In this document: one piece after another, positions 8,162 to 16,826 of the stretch
Position numbering within the stretch: the first letter of the stretch is position 1
Layout: each line of letters starts with the position of its first letter
Source of the DNA: a virus
Virus record (IMG/VR): IMGVR_UViG_3300037487_001316
Span: 32,001 to 96,000 of that record
Length of the DNA: 64,000 nt
Strand: one strand, 5' to 3'
Position numbers and translations under genes: made by a program
Notes under the pieces: model-generated
Told to the model about the DNA's origin: nothing
What the model saw: only the letters and a program-made list of their open reading frames with translations
The model's database searches: none

Positions 8162-8189
8162 GGAAGAAGGGCATTATGCCCTTCCCTTG
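8161..8189 (+). terminator. hairpin after rIIB (terminator-like)
   Basis: GAAGGGCAT-T-ATGCCCTTC inverted repeat with a weak U-tail. Confidence 0.45.
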
Positions 8190-8193
8190 TATA

Positions 8194-8583
8194 ATGAGAA
8201 GAATAATATTTTTTCTTCTATTAATTAGTTCTATAAATCTATTTGCTAAAGGTAACGATATATTACCCGAGTCGGTAACACCGTTGCAAATAAGTCAGCT
8301 ATTTGTAGAACAGAATAAGATAGATATCAAGAATCTTATTGATTTAGTAGATAAAGAAGAAAAGATTGTGTTTTGTATCAACGAATATATACAGAAACAA
8401 TCTAAATCGTATTCGAAAATTGTGCAGAATAACCTATATGATTTGATACATAACTTTGATCGTATAGCTTCGAGAATTTATGGTAAGAAGCAACCGGTAG
8501 ATGAAATACCATATGAGGATAAGATAGAAGCCTTGGCAAGAGTACAATGCGAAGCGTATTATGCGTTAAAGGTGTTAAAGTAG
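8194..8583 (+). CDS. exported hypothetical protein (signal peptide)
   Basis: MRRIIFFLLLISSINLFA signal-peptide-like start at the second ATG. Confidence 0.6.
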   Translation: MRRIIFFLLLISSINLFAKGNDILPESVTPLQISQLFVEQNKIDIKNLIDLVDKEEKIVFCINEYIQKQSKSYSKIVQNNLYDLIHNFDRIASRIYGKKQPVDEIPYEDKIEALARVQCEAYYALKVLK

Positions 8584-8586
8584 TTT

Positions 8587-8776
8587 AAGTATGTGGCTTT
8601 GTAGAGCCGGTCGAGTACCTGCAATCAACAAGTAGCGCCAATGTGAAAAATGCTGTGCATAGCATACATGTGTCTATTAAGGATGGTGCGGCACTTTCTT
8701 CTACAGAAGGAATGTAACCGCGGAGGTTCCGCAATGTAGGACGGGGAACTTAGGTGGGGTGCCTAAGTACATACTT
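8587..8776 (+). ncRNA. structured ncRNA candidate (~190 nt)
   Basis: GC-richer intergenic tract closed by AAGTATGT/ACATACTT, with several internal helices and a terminator immediately downstream. Confidence 0.6.
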
Positions 8777-8778
8777 TG

Positions 8779-8814
8779 ATACGGTGGCAGGGCAACTTGC
8801 CACCGTATTTTTTT
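8779..8814 (+). terminator. intrinsic terminator
   Basis: ATACGGTGGCAGG-GCAA-CTTGCCACCGTAT followed by a T run. Confidence 0.85.
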
Positions 8815-8824
8815 GGAGTAAGAA

Positions 8825-9685
8825 ATGTTAAAAAATATTGCGTTTATAGGTTATGGTTTTGTCGGAAAAGCTTGTCATAAAGCATTTGAACATAATACCG
8901 AAGCTATTATAATTGACCCGAAATATTCAACCACAACAATAAGTGATTTACAGATAAGTAATCCACCGCTTGTTTTTGTATCGATTAATGCTCCAACTTT
9001 AGATGATAGGTCAGTGGATGCATCGGTAATTTACAATATATTTCAACAGTTAGCAGATATAGAATATGCAGGGTTGGTTGTTTTAAAGAGTACTTTGCCG
9101 CCAGCAATAGTAGAAGACTTATACATTAAATTTGGTAAAGATTCGATAATGAATAAGGAAGGCGCCTTGCGGTATATTTATTCACCAGAATTTTTAAGAG
9201 AAAAAGAATGGGAAAAAGATGCTTTAGAACCGGATCAAATAATTATGGCTGGAAATTATCATGATTGTATAGCGTTAGAGATAATATATAGAAATCATTC
9301 TAATATTAATTGTATTGATGTTATATTTAATAAAGTAGATTATAGGGCAGCAGCATTGGCTAAATATGCTATAAATTCCTATCTTGCAAGCAAGGTTGTA
9401 TTTATGAATCAGCTTCAGCAGTTGTATAGAGACACATATGACGAGTATAATCATTTACCGTCAATGGATTGGGCAGAATTTATTAATATGATCGCCTCTG
9501 ATCCAAGGATAGGTGATTCTCATTTAGATGTGCCTGGTCCCGATGGAAACTTTGGTTATGGTGGCACTTGTTTTCCTAAGGATGTAAAAGCAATGATTGG
9601 GTTTGATAAAGAGAATAGATTAACAGTATTAAGAGAAGCTGAATTAGCTAATACAAAGATTAGATTGGTTGGAAATAGTAAATGA
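8825..9685 (+). CDS. UDP-glucose/GDP-mannose dehydrogenase family protein (no C-terminal domain)
   Basis: IGYGFVG, KSTLPP, SPEFLRE, KYAINSYLASKV.F.N, DPRIG, GYGGTCFPKD. Confidence 0.9.
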   Translation: MLKNIAFIGYGFVGKACHKAFEHNTEAIIIDPKYSTTTISDLQISNPPLVFVSINAPTLDDRSVDASVIYNIFQQLADIEYAGLVVLKSTLPPAIVEDLYIKFGKDSIMNKEGALRYIYSPEFLREKEWEKDALEPDQIIMAGNYHDCIALEIIYRNHSNINCIDVIFNKVDYRAAALAKYAINSYLASKVVFMNQLQQLYRDTYDEYNHLPSMDWAEFINMIASDPRIGDSHLDVPGPDGNFGYGGTCFPKDVKAMIGFDKENRLTVLREAELANTKIRLVGNSK

Positions 9686-10050
9686 AATATTTATTTTTAG
9701 ATGACGAAAGAATGCCGAAAGATGTTAAATGGATACTTATCGGTGGTGTCGGTTCTTGGGGAGCAGACTGGCAAATTGTCAGATCTTACGACGAAGCAAT
9801 TAAATGGGTAAAAGACAATGGATTTCCAGATGTCATCTCATTCGACCATGATTTGGGTTTGATGCATTATGCTAATGATTACTCTGATGGAAAGACGGGT
9901 TATGATTTTGCCAAATGGTTGGTCGAATATGATATGGATACAAATAGCATGCCAGAAACTTTTTCATTCACAGTGCATAGTAAGAACCCACAAGGAACAA
10001 TAAATATAGAGTCACTATTAAATAATTACATAAGATATAAGAGGAAATAA
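9682..10050 (+). CDS. cyclic-phosphate-processing receiver-like domain protein
   Basis: LFLDDER, ISFDHDLG, TGYDFAKWL, VHSKNPQG. Confidence 0.8.
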   Translation: MKYLFLDDERMPKDVKWILIGGVGSWGADWQIVRSYDEAIKWVKDNGFPDVISFDHDLGLMHYANDYSDGKTGYDFAKWLVEYDMDTNSMPETFSFTVHSKNPQGTINIESLLNNYIRYKRK

Positions 10051-10051
10051 A

Positions 10052-10216
10052 ATGAGCGCTGGAATAATGAGAAATTGGCAAGTATCTAAACTATTAAAGT
10101 CTAAGAATCCTATCGAATATTTTTTTGCGATGCAAGAATATATGGTATATGAACTTAGTGTTATTAGATTTAATACGAGCGAAAAATTTAAAGAGTTTTT
10201 CGATAAATATAATTAA
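10052..10216 (+). CDS. small hypothetical protein (54 aa)
   Basis: GAGG SD, ATG 1 nt after the upstream stop. Confidence 0.5.
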   Translation: MSAGIMRNWQVSKLLKSKNPIEYFFAMQEYMVYELSVIRFNTSEKFKEFFDKYN

Positions 10217-10293
10217 CAACTACCTTTAGGACCGTTGTGGCTACTGCCGAAATGCAGGCGTCAGGGGCAAATAATTCGCTACTATTTGCCCCT
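10216..10293 (+). ncRNA. small structured RNA candidate downstream of a late promoter
   Basis: ACAAC..GTTGT, CTGC-CGAAAT-GCAG and AGGGGCAAATA-ATTCGCTAC-TATTTGCCCCT hairpins directly after GATAAATA (10202-10209). Confidence 0.5.
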
Positions 10294-10313
10294 AATTTTA
10301 CATCGGATACATT

Positions 10314-10475
10314 ATGAGACTATTTGAATTATTTGAAGCAAAGCCTGCCAAGAAGCCTGTTGTACCATCTACGACACCACGAAACTTTGTTGCCAAGAAT
10401 GCTCCTACATCTGGTGCAGGTCCTCATACAGCCAAAAAATTTACCCGCAAAGAAAAACATAAGAATAAAGTTTAA
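10314..10475 (+). CDS. small basic protein (53 aa) with CTS-like N-terminus
   Basis: MRLFELFEAKPAKK...RNFVAKNAPTSGAGPHTAKKFTRKEKHKNKV; not in the ORF track. Confidence 0.65.
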   Translation: MRLFELFEAKPAKKPVVPSTTPRNFVAKNAPTSGAGPHTAKKFTRKEKHKNKV

Positions 10476-10597
10476 TACTGTTAATTCTTAGAGTTTTTAT
10501 CCTTTCTCACTAAATACCCTCTTAGTAACAACCAAGATTAGTTGCTATTCTGTTTTAGTCTCAGCTAAAATAGTCACATATCACGAGGATAACATTT

Positions 10598-11761
10598 ATG
10601 GCAGTTAATAAGCAGACAGGAAACTTTGAAATGTGGTCTAGACCTACCTTTTCAATCATAACAAAATCTGATAAAAATTTCAAATCAAACTTTCATGGAG
10701 CAATGATGTATGCTCATTATGAGCTATCTGCCGCCCAGTTAAAACAGGAAGTTGTTAAGTATATAAAACACATAGATCCGAAACATCGGTTATTGGCTCG
10801 CATTACAGATATGCATGAAAATAGATTTGTCACGGTCGGTAAGTATATGTATGTATTAAACCATGGTGCTGATATACCAGATGATGTTATGGCTAAATTA
10901 ATGCCGGCACTTGAGAAGGTAATAAATGAGGAAAACGCGAAAATCGCTGAGATCAATAAGGAGGCAAAGTATCTCGCCTCTAAAGAAGACGGCACTAAGA
11001 ACATTAACCCAGTTCCTAAAGTGGTTATCTCTATCCAAGATAGACTCCGCGAAAAGGCACGAGAGGTTTCGGGGGAAGTGGAAGGGTGGATAGATGACTT
11101 CTGTATGGATAAGAAACTTCCAGTGAAGACTGTAGATGATTTTGTAAATCTATTCAAAACATATGATTTGAAGGCACAACATATGCGGCACATAAAGGAA
11201 ATATTTACTCGTCGTAAAAATGAGATTTCTGAAGCTGTAGAAGGTAAAGATAAGGATCTAACAGAAGCATATTCGAATTATACAAAGGCAGAACTTAAGA
11301 AGAGCGATCTGTTTAATAAGAATTTATTTAAAGCCTGTGATATGCTTCAAGAAGTCGCCAAGGTAGAACGAGCACCACGCAAGAAGAAACCTGTTTCTCA
11401 TGATAAAGTTATTTCTAAGCTTAAATTTAAGAAAGATGATTCTTCATTGGGTATTGTGAGTCTTAATCCTGTACATATTATTGGAGCAAAGGAAGTATGG
11501 ACCTATAATGTTAAAACACGCAAATTGTCTCAGTATAAAGCGGTCGAAGGCGTTGGACTAAGTGTTAAAGGGGCTAGTTTGTTGAATTATTCTGCAGATT
11601 CTGTAGAAAAAACACTACGTAAGCCTGTAGAGATGCTCGCAGACTTTAAGAAGGCTAGTAAGGTTAAACTTCGCACTTTTTTAAAGGATCTAAGCACATT
11701 AGATATTCCATGTAGCGGCAAACTAAACGAGCACCATGTTATTCTAAGGATTGACAAATGA
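10598..11761 (+). CDS. conserved phage hypothetical protein
   Basis: 387-aa ORF, GAGG SD; C-terminal LSVKGASL..Y....S..KTLRKP region recalled from T4-related phages. Confidence 0.75.
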   Translation: MAVNKQTGNFEMWSRPTFSIITKSDKNFKSNFHGAMMYAHYELSAAQLKQEVVKYIKHIDPKHRLLARITDMHENRFVTVGKYMYVLNHGADIPDDVMAKLMPALEKVINEENAKIAEINKEAKYLASKEDGTKNINPVPKVVISIQDRLREKAREVSGEVEGWIDDFCMDKKLPVKTVDDFVNLFKTYDLKAQHMRHIKEIFTRRKNEISEAVEGKDKDLTEAYSNYTKAELKKSDLFNKNLFKACDMLQEVAKVERAPRKKKPVSHDKVISKLKFKKDDSSLGIVSLNPVHIIGAKEVWTYNVKTRKLSQYKAVEGVGLSVKGASLLNYSADSVEKTLRKPVEMLADFKKASKVKLRTFLKDLSTLDIPCSGKLNEHHVILRIDK

Positions 11762-12231
11762 TATTATTTCTTGACACAGAGTTTACAGATCTTGTTCCAG
11801 GTAACAAACTTATCAGCATTGCATTAGTTAATGAGTTTGAAGACTTCTTCTATGCCGAATTAACCGATACATATGAGTTGAAAGATTGTTCGGAGTTTGT
11901 CAAGAGTTTTGTATTGCCGTTCCTAAAAGGCGGCGAATATCGTATGTCATCCTATGATTGTGCTTTAAAATTGGGTGCGTGGATAGAGAATCAATCGGGT
12001 CAGTGTATATTAGGATGCGATAATCCTGGGTGGGATACACCACATTTACATCGTTTGCTTGATCCGTTGTGGCCTGCTAATCTACACAGAAATCAATACC
12101 TGCCTGTATGTGTTCCGGCACACATTGAAGAAGATCTTGTGCTAGAAAACAACTATGATATTCATAATGCCCTAGATGATGCTATGGTAATGAAGAAGGC
12201 CACGGACTTGCAGAAGAAGCTCAAGTATTGA
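11758..12231 (+). CDS. DEDDh 3'-5' exonuclease (RNase AS-like)
   Basis: FLDTEFT...LISIALV...FYAE; HNALDDA. Confidence 0.85.
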   Translation: MILFLDTEFTDLVPGNKLISIALVNEFEDFFYAELTDTYELKDCSEFVKSFVLPFLKGGEYRMSSYDCALKLGAWIENQSGQCILGCDNPGWDTPHLHRLLDPLWPANLHRNQYLPVCVPAHIEEDLVLENNYDIHNALDDAMVMKKATDLQKKLKY

Positions 12232-12262
12232 TAAATAGTGTATCACTGGAGTTGATACACAT

Positions 12263-13015
12263 ATGTCCTCACAAATTACGCCGAGAGTTTTGTTAATGAA
12301 GCAAATCGAGCTACAGCTCGGTTCGCAAATGGTTGATGTTGAATTAGATGTCGAGCACTTAAATCTTGCAATTACAATTGGTATCCAGAAATTGCGTCAG
12401 CAATCAGATGGGGCTAATCTTGAGAAGGATATTTTTCTACACATTACACGGGACATAACGGAGTATACTCTTCCAGATGAGGTGCAAGAAGTTAGGCGTC
12501 TATACCGCCGTGGTGTTGGTGCATACACTAATGGTGGGGTAAATTTTGACCCGGTTGATGCTGCATTTTACAATATCTATTTGTTACAACCAAATAGATC
12601 AGGTGGATTAGCAACCTGGGATATGTATAATCAGTTCCTAGAAACCACAGAAAGATTATTTGCAAGTCAATTAAACTTTACATGGGATGTCAATTCACAT
12701 AACCTAACAATTATTCGTCGTCCAACAGCCGATGAAGAAGTTGTAGTTCGTGTGTATGCTAGTAAATCCGAAGATGACATATTGAATGACCCTTATACAG
12801 GTCCTTGGTTGCGTTCCTATTCTACAGCATATTCTAAATATATGCTAGGTGAGGCAAGAGATAAATTTCCGGGAGGATTTCCTGGACCAAACGGTAATGT
12901 TACGTTGAACGGTGCATCTCTTAAACAAGAAGCACAGACAGAGATGGATAAACTTGAATTACAACTTCAGAATCTAGTAACTTCATCGGATGGATATTCA
13001 TTCGTGATAGGTTAA
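12263..13015 (+). CDS. neck / head-tail adaptor protein (gp13-like)
   Basis: LG..MVDVELD, WLRSY..A..K..LGEARDKF...PGP.G..TLNG..LK.EA..E...LE; late promoter upstream. Confidence 0.85.
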   Translation: MSSQITPRVLLMKQIELQLGSQMVDVELDVEHLNLAITIGIQKLRQQSDGANLEKDIFLHITRDITEYTLPDEVQEVRRLYRRGVGAYTNGGVNFDPVDAAFYNIYLLQPNRSGGLATWDMYNQFLETTERLFASQLNFTWDVNSHNLTIIRRPTADEEVVVRVYASKSEDDILNDPYTGPWLRSYSTAYSKYMLGEARDKFPGGFPGPNGNVTLNGASLKQEAQTEMDKLELQLQNLVTSSDGYSFVIG

Positions 13016-13047
13016 ATCCTATCACAAACTATTTGTAATTGGTTAAC

Positions 13048-13206
13048 ATGAAAAATAAAGAGTATCCTACAGATTTAAGGCATTTGCCTATTGAGGAACA
13101 GCGCAGAATTGCTCACGAAATGTTTGATAATATAAAGAGAAAATACGACCAACTTTTGGAAGATTTTCCCGAAATACAAGAAATATTGAGTAAAGAGAAA
13201 CATTAA
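13048..13206 (+). CDS. small hypothetical protein (52 aa)
   Basis: MKNKEYPTDLRHLPIEEQRRIAHEMF...; fills the intergenic gap. Confidence 0.45.
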   Translation: MKNKEYPTDLRHLPIEEQRRIAHEMFDNIKRKYDQLLEDFPEIQEILSKEKH

Positions 13207-13281
13207 AATTCCCTAACAAAATCATTTAACCCCTAAGCTGTCTCTGTATAACTACATAGACTTTAACTTAGGGGTTTTCTT

Positions 13282-13914
13282 ATGATTCTTGGCCTACTTG
13301 GATTTATTAATAGCGGAAAAGGCACGGTTGCATCGCAACTAGTTAGTGGATATAATTTCAGACAAGATAGTTTTGCAGCAGGTTTAAAAGATGCCTGTGC
13401 AGTAATGTTTGATTGGCCACGACATATGCTTGAAGGCGACACAAAAGAATCCCGAGAATGGCGAGAAATCGTTGACCCATGGTGGTCTGAACAATTAGGT
13501 ATGCCCAATTTCAGCCCAAGGCTTGCCTTACAGGTGATCGGGACAGATGTTATGCGTAATAATTTCCATCAAGATATGTGGTTCTTAACACTTCGTAATA
13601 GAATCCGTAAAAATCCTAATCAAAATGTAGTTATTAGCGATGTCAGATTTCCAAATGAAATAAAATTTATACAAGAACAAGGCGGCACTTTGATTAAAGT
13701 AAATCGTGGCCCTGCACCTGTTTGGTATGAAACGGCCATATTAGCGAATAAGGGAAATTCTATTGCTAAGGATGTAATGACTCAGACTTATTCAAATGCC
13801 CATCTTAGTGAATGGGCATGGGTGGGTTCTAAAATAGACTACGAGATAAATAACGACAGTAGTCTAGATTCCCTTGAAGGTCAGGTTCGGGAAGTGTTAT
13901 CCAATATATTGTAA
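13282..13914 (+). CDS. deoxynucleoside monophosphate kinase (gp1-like)
   Basis: GFINSGKGT P-loop, SFAAGLKD, SPRLALQVIGTD..R, VISDVRFPNE, HLSE. Confidence 0.92.
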   Translation: MILGLLGFINSGKGTVASQLVSGYNFRQDSFAAGLKDACAVMFDWPRHMLEGDTKESREWREIVDPWWSEQLGMPNFSPRLALQVIGTDVMRNNFHQDMWFLTLRNRIRKNPNQNVVISDVRFPNEIKFIQEQGGTLIKVNRGPAPVWYETAILANKGNSIAKDVMTQTYSNAHLSEWAWVGSKIDYEINNDSSLDSLEGQVREVLSNIL

Positions 13915-14000
13915 TATTGGTTTTTGTTTGTCGTATATTTAATGGCCTTCTAGATAAATACTAGCAACAAGAAGTAATATCTTCATAGGAGTTAAATTAT

Positions 14001-16763
14001 ATGGCAGTTTTAGTATCCCCAGGCGTAAGCGTATCAGTTATCGATCAGAGCATTAATGTTGGTGCCGGTCCAGGAACAGTTCCGCTAATTTTTATCGCCA
14101 CACAAGAGAATAAATCTACCCCAGACGGATCTGCAGTTGCCGTAGGTACAACCAAGGCAAATGCTGGTGTAGTTTGGTCTATCACTTCTCAGAGAGATTT
14201 GGTACAGACATTCGGCGATCCAACTTTCTATTCAGTAAGTGGCACATCGTTAAATGGTTATCCGTTGAACGAATATGGTCTACTTGCAGCTTATTCATAT
14301 TTAGGTATTTCTAATCTATGTAGAGTTGTTAGAGCAGATGTTAATACAGCACAATTAGAACCAACACCTATTGAGCCAACAAGCCCTGCAGCAACAGGTA
14401 CATATTGGCTCGATGAATCCTCGAGTGGTTCTTCATATGGCTTGTTTGTTCGTTCTGGTATATTCCCTAATGAAATATGGACTACCATAACACCGACATT
14501 TGTATTATCAAGCGCGCCGACAGCAGGTACAGGTGTTGTGGGTGATTATGCAGTAGTATTTCTAACAGCAACCGGCGCATTATCGTATTGGGTAAAGGTT
14601 TCGAGTACGGTATGGGCACAGCTAGGTGATAATACTTATACGTCTGTAGCAGGCGCAATTTCTTCAGGCACCACTGTGACAGTAAGTACAACTGCTGGAT
14701 TAAAAGTAGGTATGGTTCCGGAAGTTACTGCAGGTACAGGCATATTTGCTGCAGGTACAACTATCACAAATGTTTCTTTAGATGGTATGACATTTACTGT
14801 ATCGGCAACACCTTCTGTTGCTTTATCGGGCGGTGGATCAATAATTAAAGCAGGATTTGGGGTTGCTATTCAATCTGTATGGCCTGATTTAACAAGTGCT
14901 TCATTAACTGAAGAGTTTTGGGTTAAAACAACATCAGCAGCACAAGGTGCAAATCTTGTATTAAGAAAGATGAGCGCATCAACTGAATCGTTTATTCAAG
15001 TTGAAGCACCGATTTTAGCGGATGATGCAGCGGCTAATACATATTACGGTGCGAATGCAGCTGGTTCAGCAGGTCAGATTTATATCGAACCTGTGTCAAC
15101 AGGTGCTGATCCGATATCACTAACTGACTCATTAAGATTTAACTTAGGTGCGACTGCAACTACCTGGGCACCATTAGAAACTATCATAGATTCGGCTTCT
15201 GTTCCAACTCAAGGTCCTGATAACGGTCAACTATGGTTTAATGCCTTACTAGGTTTAAATGATAATGCTGAATCTACTATAGATATTTTAATTGCAGACG
15301 GTATCGGTGCTTGGCAGAATATTAATCTTCCTGGATTTACTTATACAGTATTACCGGGATCGCCTACATTGTATCCACAACCAGCTGATCCACAAGATAA
15401 CGTTCCTGCCCCTTCATTGGCAACGGGCGATATCTGGGTAAACACTGACGCTGCTCCATATCCGGTTATTAGCCGTTGGAATGGCGCTGTTTGGGTTCTG
15501 GTAGATAATACAGATGAAACAACACCAAACGGTATTGTATTCCAGGATGCTCGTCCAAACCCAATGTACCATGATGGTACATATTCCGGTGAAAATAACG
15601 AAGGTGGATCAAATCCTGACTTAGATCCTGATGCTCCACAGGCTGCATTGTATCCTAAGGGATTCTTATTGTGGAATACACGTTACTCAACTAACAATGT
15701 TAAGGTATGGGAAGCACCGTATGTATTTGATGGTGTAACTGCAGAACCAGATGATACAAACAATGGTTCAACAGGCCGTTGGTCATCAACATCTGGTAAT
15801 AATCCAGGCGGCGTACCTTACATGGGCGCAGCAGCACAACAAATTGTTATCGTGAAAGGTATTCAATCTGCTATTATTTCTAATGAAGATATTCGCGCAG
15901 AAGACTTGTATTTTAACTTAATTGCTGCTCCAGGTTTTGTTGAAGCAATTGACGAAATGCTTGTACTAAACGACGATCGTAAGGATACAGCGTTTGTGGT
16001 CGGTGATACACCGTTTACATTGAGTTCCACTGGAACATCATTACAGAATTGGGCAACAAATCATAGCTCTGCATTCGGTAATGGTGCTGACGGCCTTACA
16101 TCAGCAAGTAAGTATTTTAGTGCTTGGTATCCAAGTGGTTTAAGTACTAACGTTGATGGAACTGACGTAGTTGTTCCACCATCACATATGGCATTACGCA
16201 CTATCGCTTATAATGATCAAGTTGCTTATCCTTGGTTCGCTCCAGCAGGTTTACAACGTGGTGTTGTTAATAATGCGGCAGCAGTTGGATATGTTAACGC
16301 ATCTGGACAGTTTGTTTCAGTTAAATTGAATGAAGGCCAGCGCGATATCTTATATCAAAACGGTATTAATCCGATTCGCGTTATGCCACAAGGCGGTATT
16401 GTAGTGTTTGGACAAAAGACACGTCAGCCTTACGCAAGCGCAACAGATCGTATCAATGTAGTTCGTTTAGAAAACTATCTACGTTATATGTTAAACAACT
16501 TAGCACAACCGTTCTTGTTTGAGCCTAATGATACAACAACACGTAAATCAGTGAAAGACGCATTTGATAGAGCTCTATCGGAACTTATCACATTACGCGG
16601 TTTATATGACTTCTTGGTTGTTTGCGATTTAAGCAACAATACACCGGCTCGTATCGACAGAAACGAACTATGGATTGATGTAGCAATTCAACCAGTTAAG
16701 GCAATCGAATTCATCTATATTCCAATCAGAATTAAGAATACAGGTGCAAGTTTATCAGCTTAA
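14001..16763 (+). CDS. contractile tail sheath protein (gp18-like)
   Basis: LVSPGVSVSVID, FGDP, WFAPAG.QRG, LYQNGINPI, FGQKT, RINVVRL, FEPND, ID.AIQPVKAIEFIYI. Confidence 0.95.
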   Translation: MAVLVSPGVSVSVIDQSINVGAGPGTVPLIFIATQENKSTPDGSAVAVGTTKANAGVVWSITSQRDLVQTFGDPTFYSVSGTSLNGYPLNEYGLLAAYSYLGISNLCRVVRADVNTAQLEPTPIEPTSPAATGTYWLDESSSGSSYGLFVRSGIFPNEIWTTITPTFVLSSAPTAGTGVVGDYAVVFLTATGALSYWVKVSSTVWAQLGDNTYTSVAGAISSGTTVTVSTTAGLKVGMVPEVTAGTGIFAAGTTITNVSLDGMTFTVSATPSVALSGGGSIIKAGFGVAIQSVWPDLTSASLTEEFWVKTTSAAQGANLVLRKMSASTESFIQVEAPILADDAAANTYYGANAAGSAGQIYIEPVSTGADPISLTDSLRFNLGATATTWAPLETIIDSASVPTQGPDNGQLWFNALLGLNDNAESTIDILIADGIGAWQNINLPGFTYTVLPGSPTLYPQPADPQDNVPAPSLATGDIWVNTDAAPYPVISRWNGAVWVLVDNTDETTPNGIVFQDARPNPMYHDGTYSGENNEGGSNPDLDPDAPQAALYPKGFLLWNTRYSTNNVKVWEAPYVFDGVTAEPDDTNNGSTGRWSSTSGNNPGGVPYMGAAAQQIVIVKGIQSAIISNEDIRAEDLYFNLIAAPGFVEAIDEMLVLNDDRKDTAFVVGDTPFTLSSTGTSLQNWATNHSSAFGNGADGLTSASKYFSAWYPSGLSTNVDGTDVVVPPSHMALRTIAYNDQVAYPWFAPAGLQRGVVNNAAAVGYVNASGQFVSVKLNEGQRDILYQNGINPIRVMPQGGIVVFGQKTRQPYASATDRINVVRLENYLRYMLNNLAQPFLFEPNDTTTRKSVKDAFDRALSELITLRGLYDFLVVCDLSNNTPARIDRNELWIDVAIQPVKAIEFIYIPIRIKNTGASLSA

Positions 16764-16780
16764 TAACAGCTTAATAGAAG

Positions 16781-16809
16781 ATACCGGGTTAATTGCCCGG
16801 TATTTTTTT
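16781..16809 (+). terminator. intrinsic terminator
   Basis: ATACCGGGT-TAATT-GCCCGGTAT followed by a T run. Confidence 0.85.
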
Positions 16810-16826
16810 GGCGATAAATATCCCAT

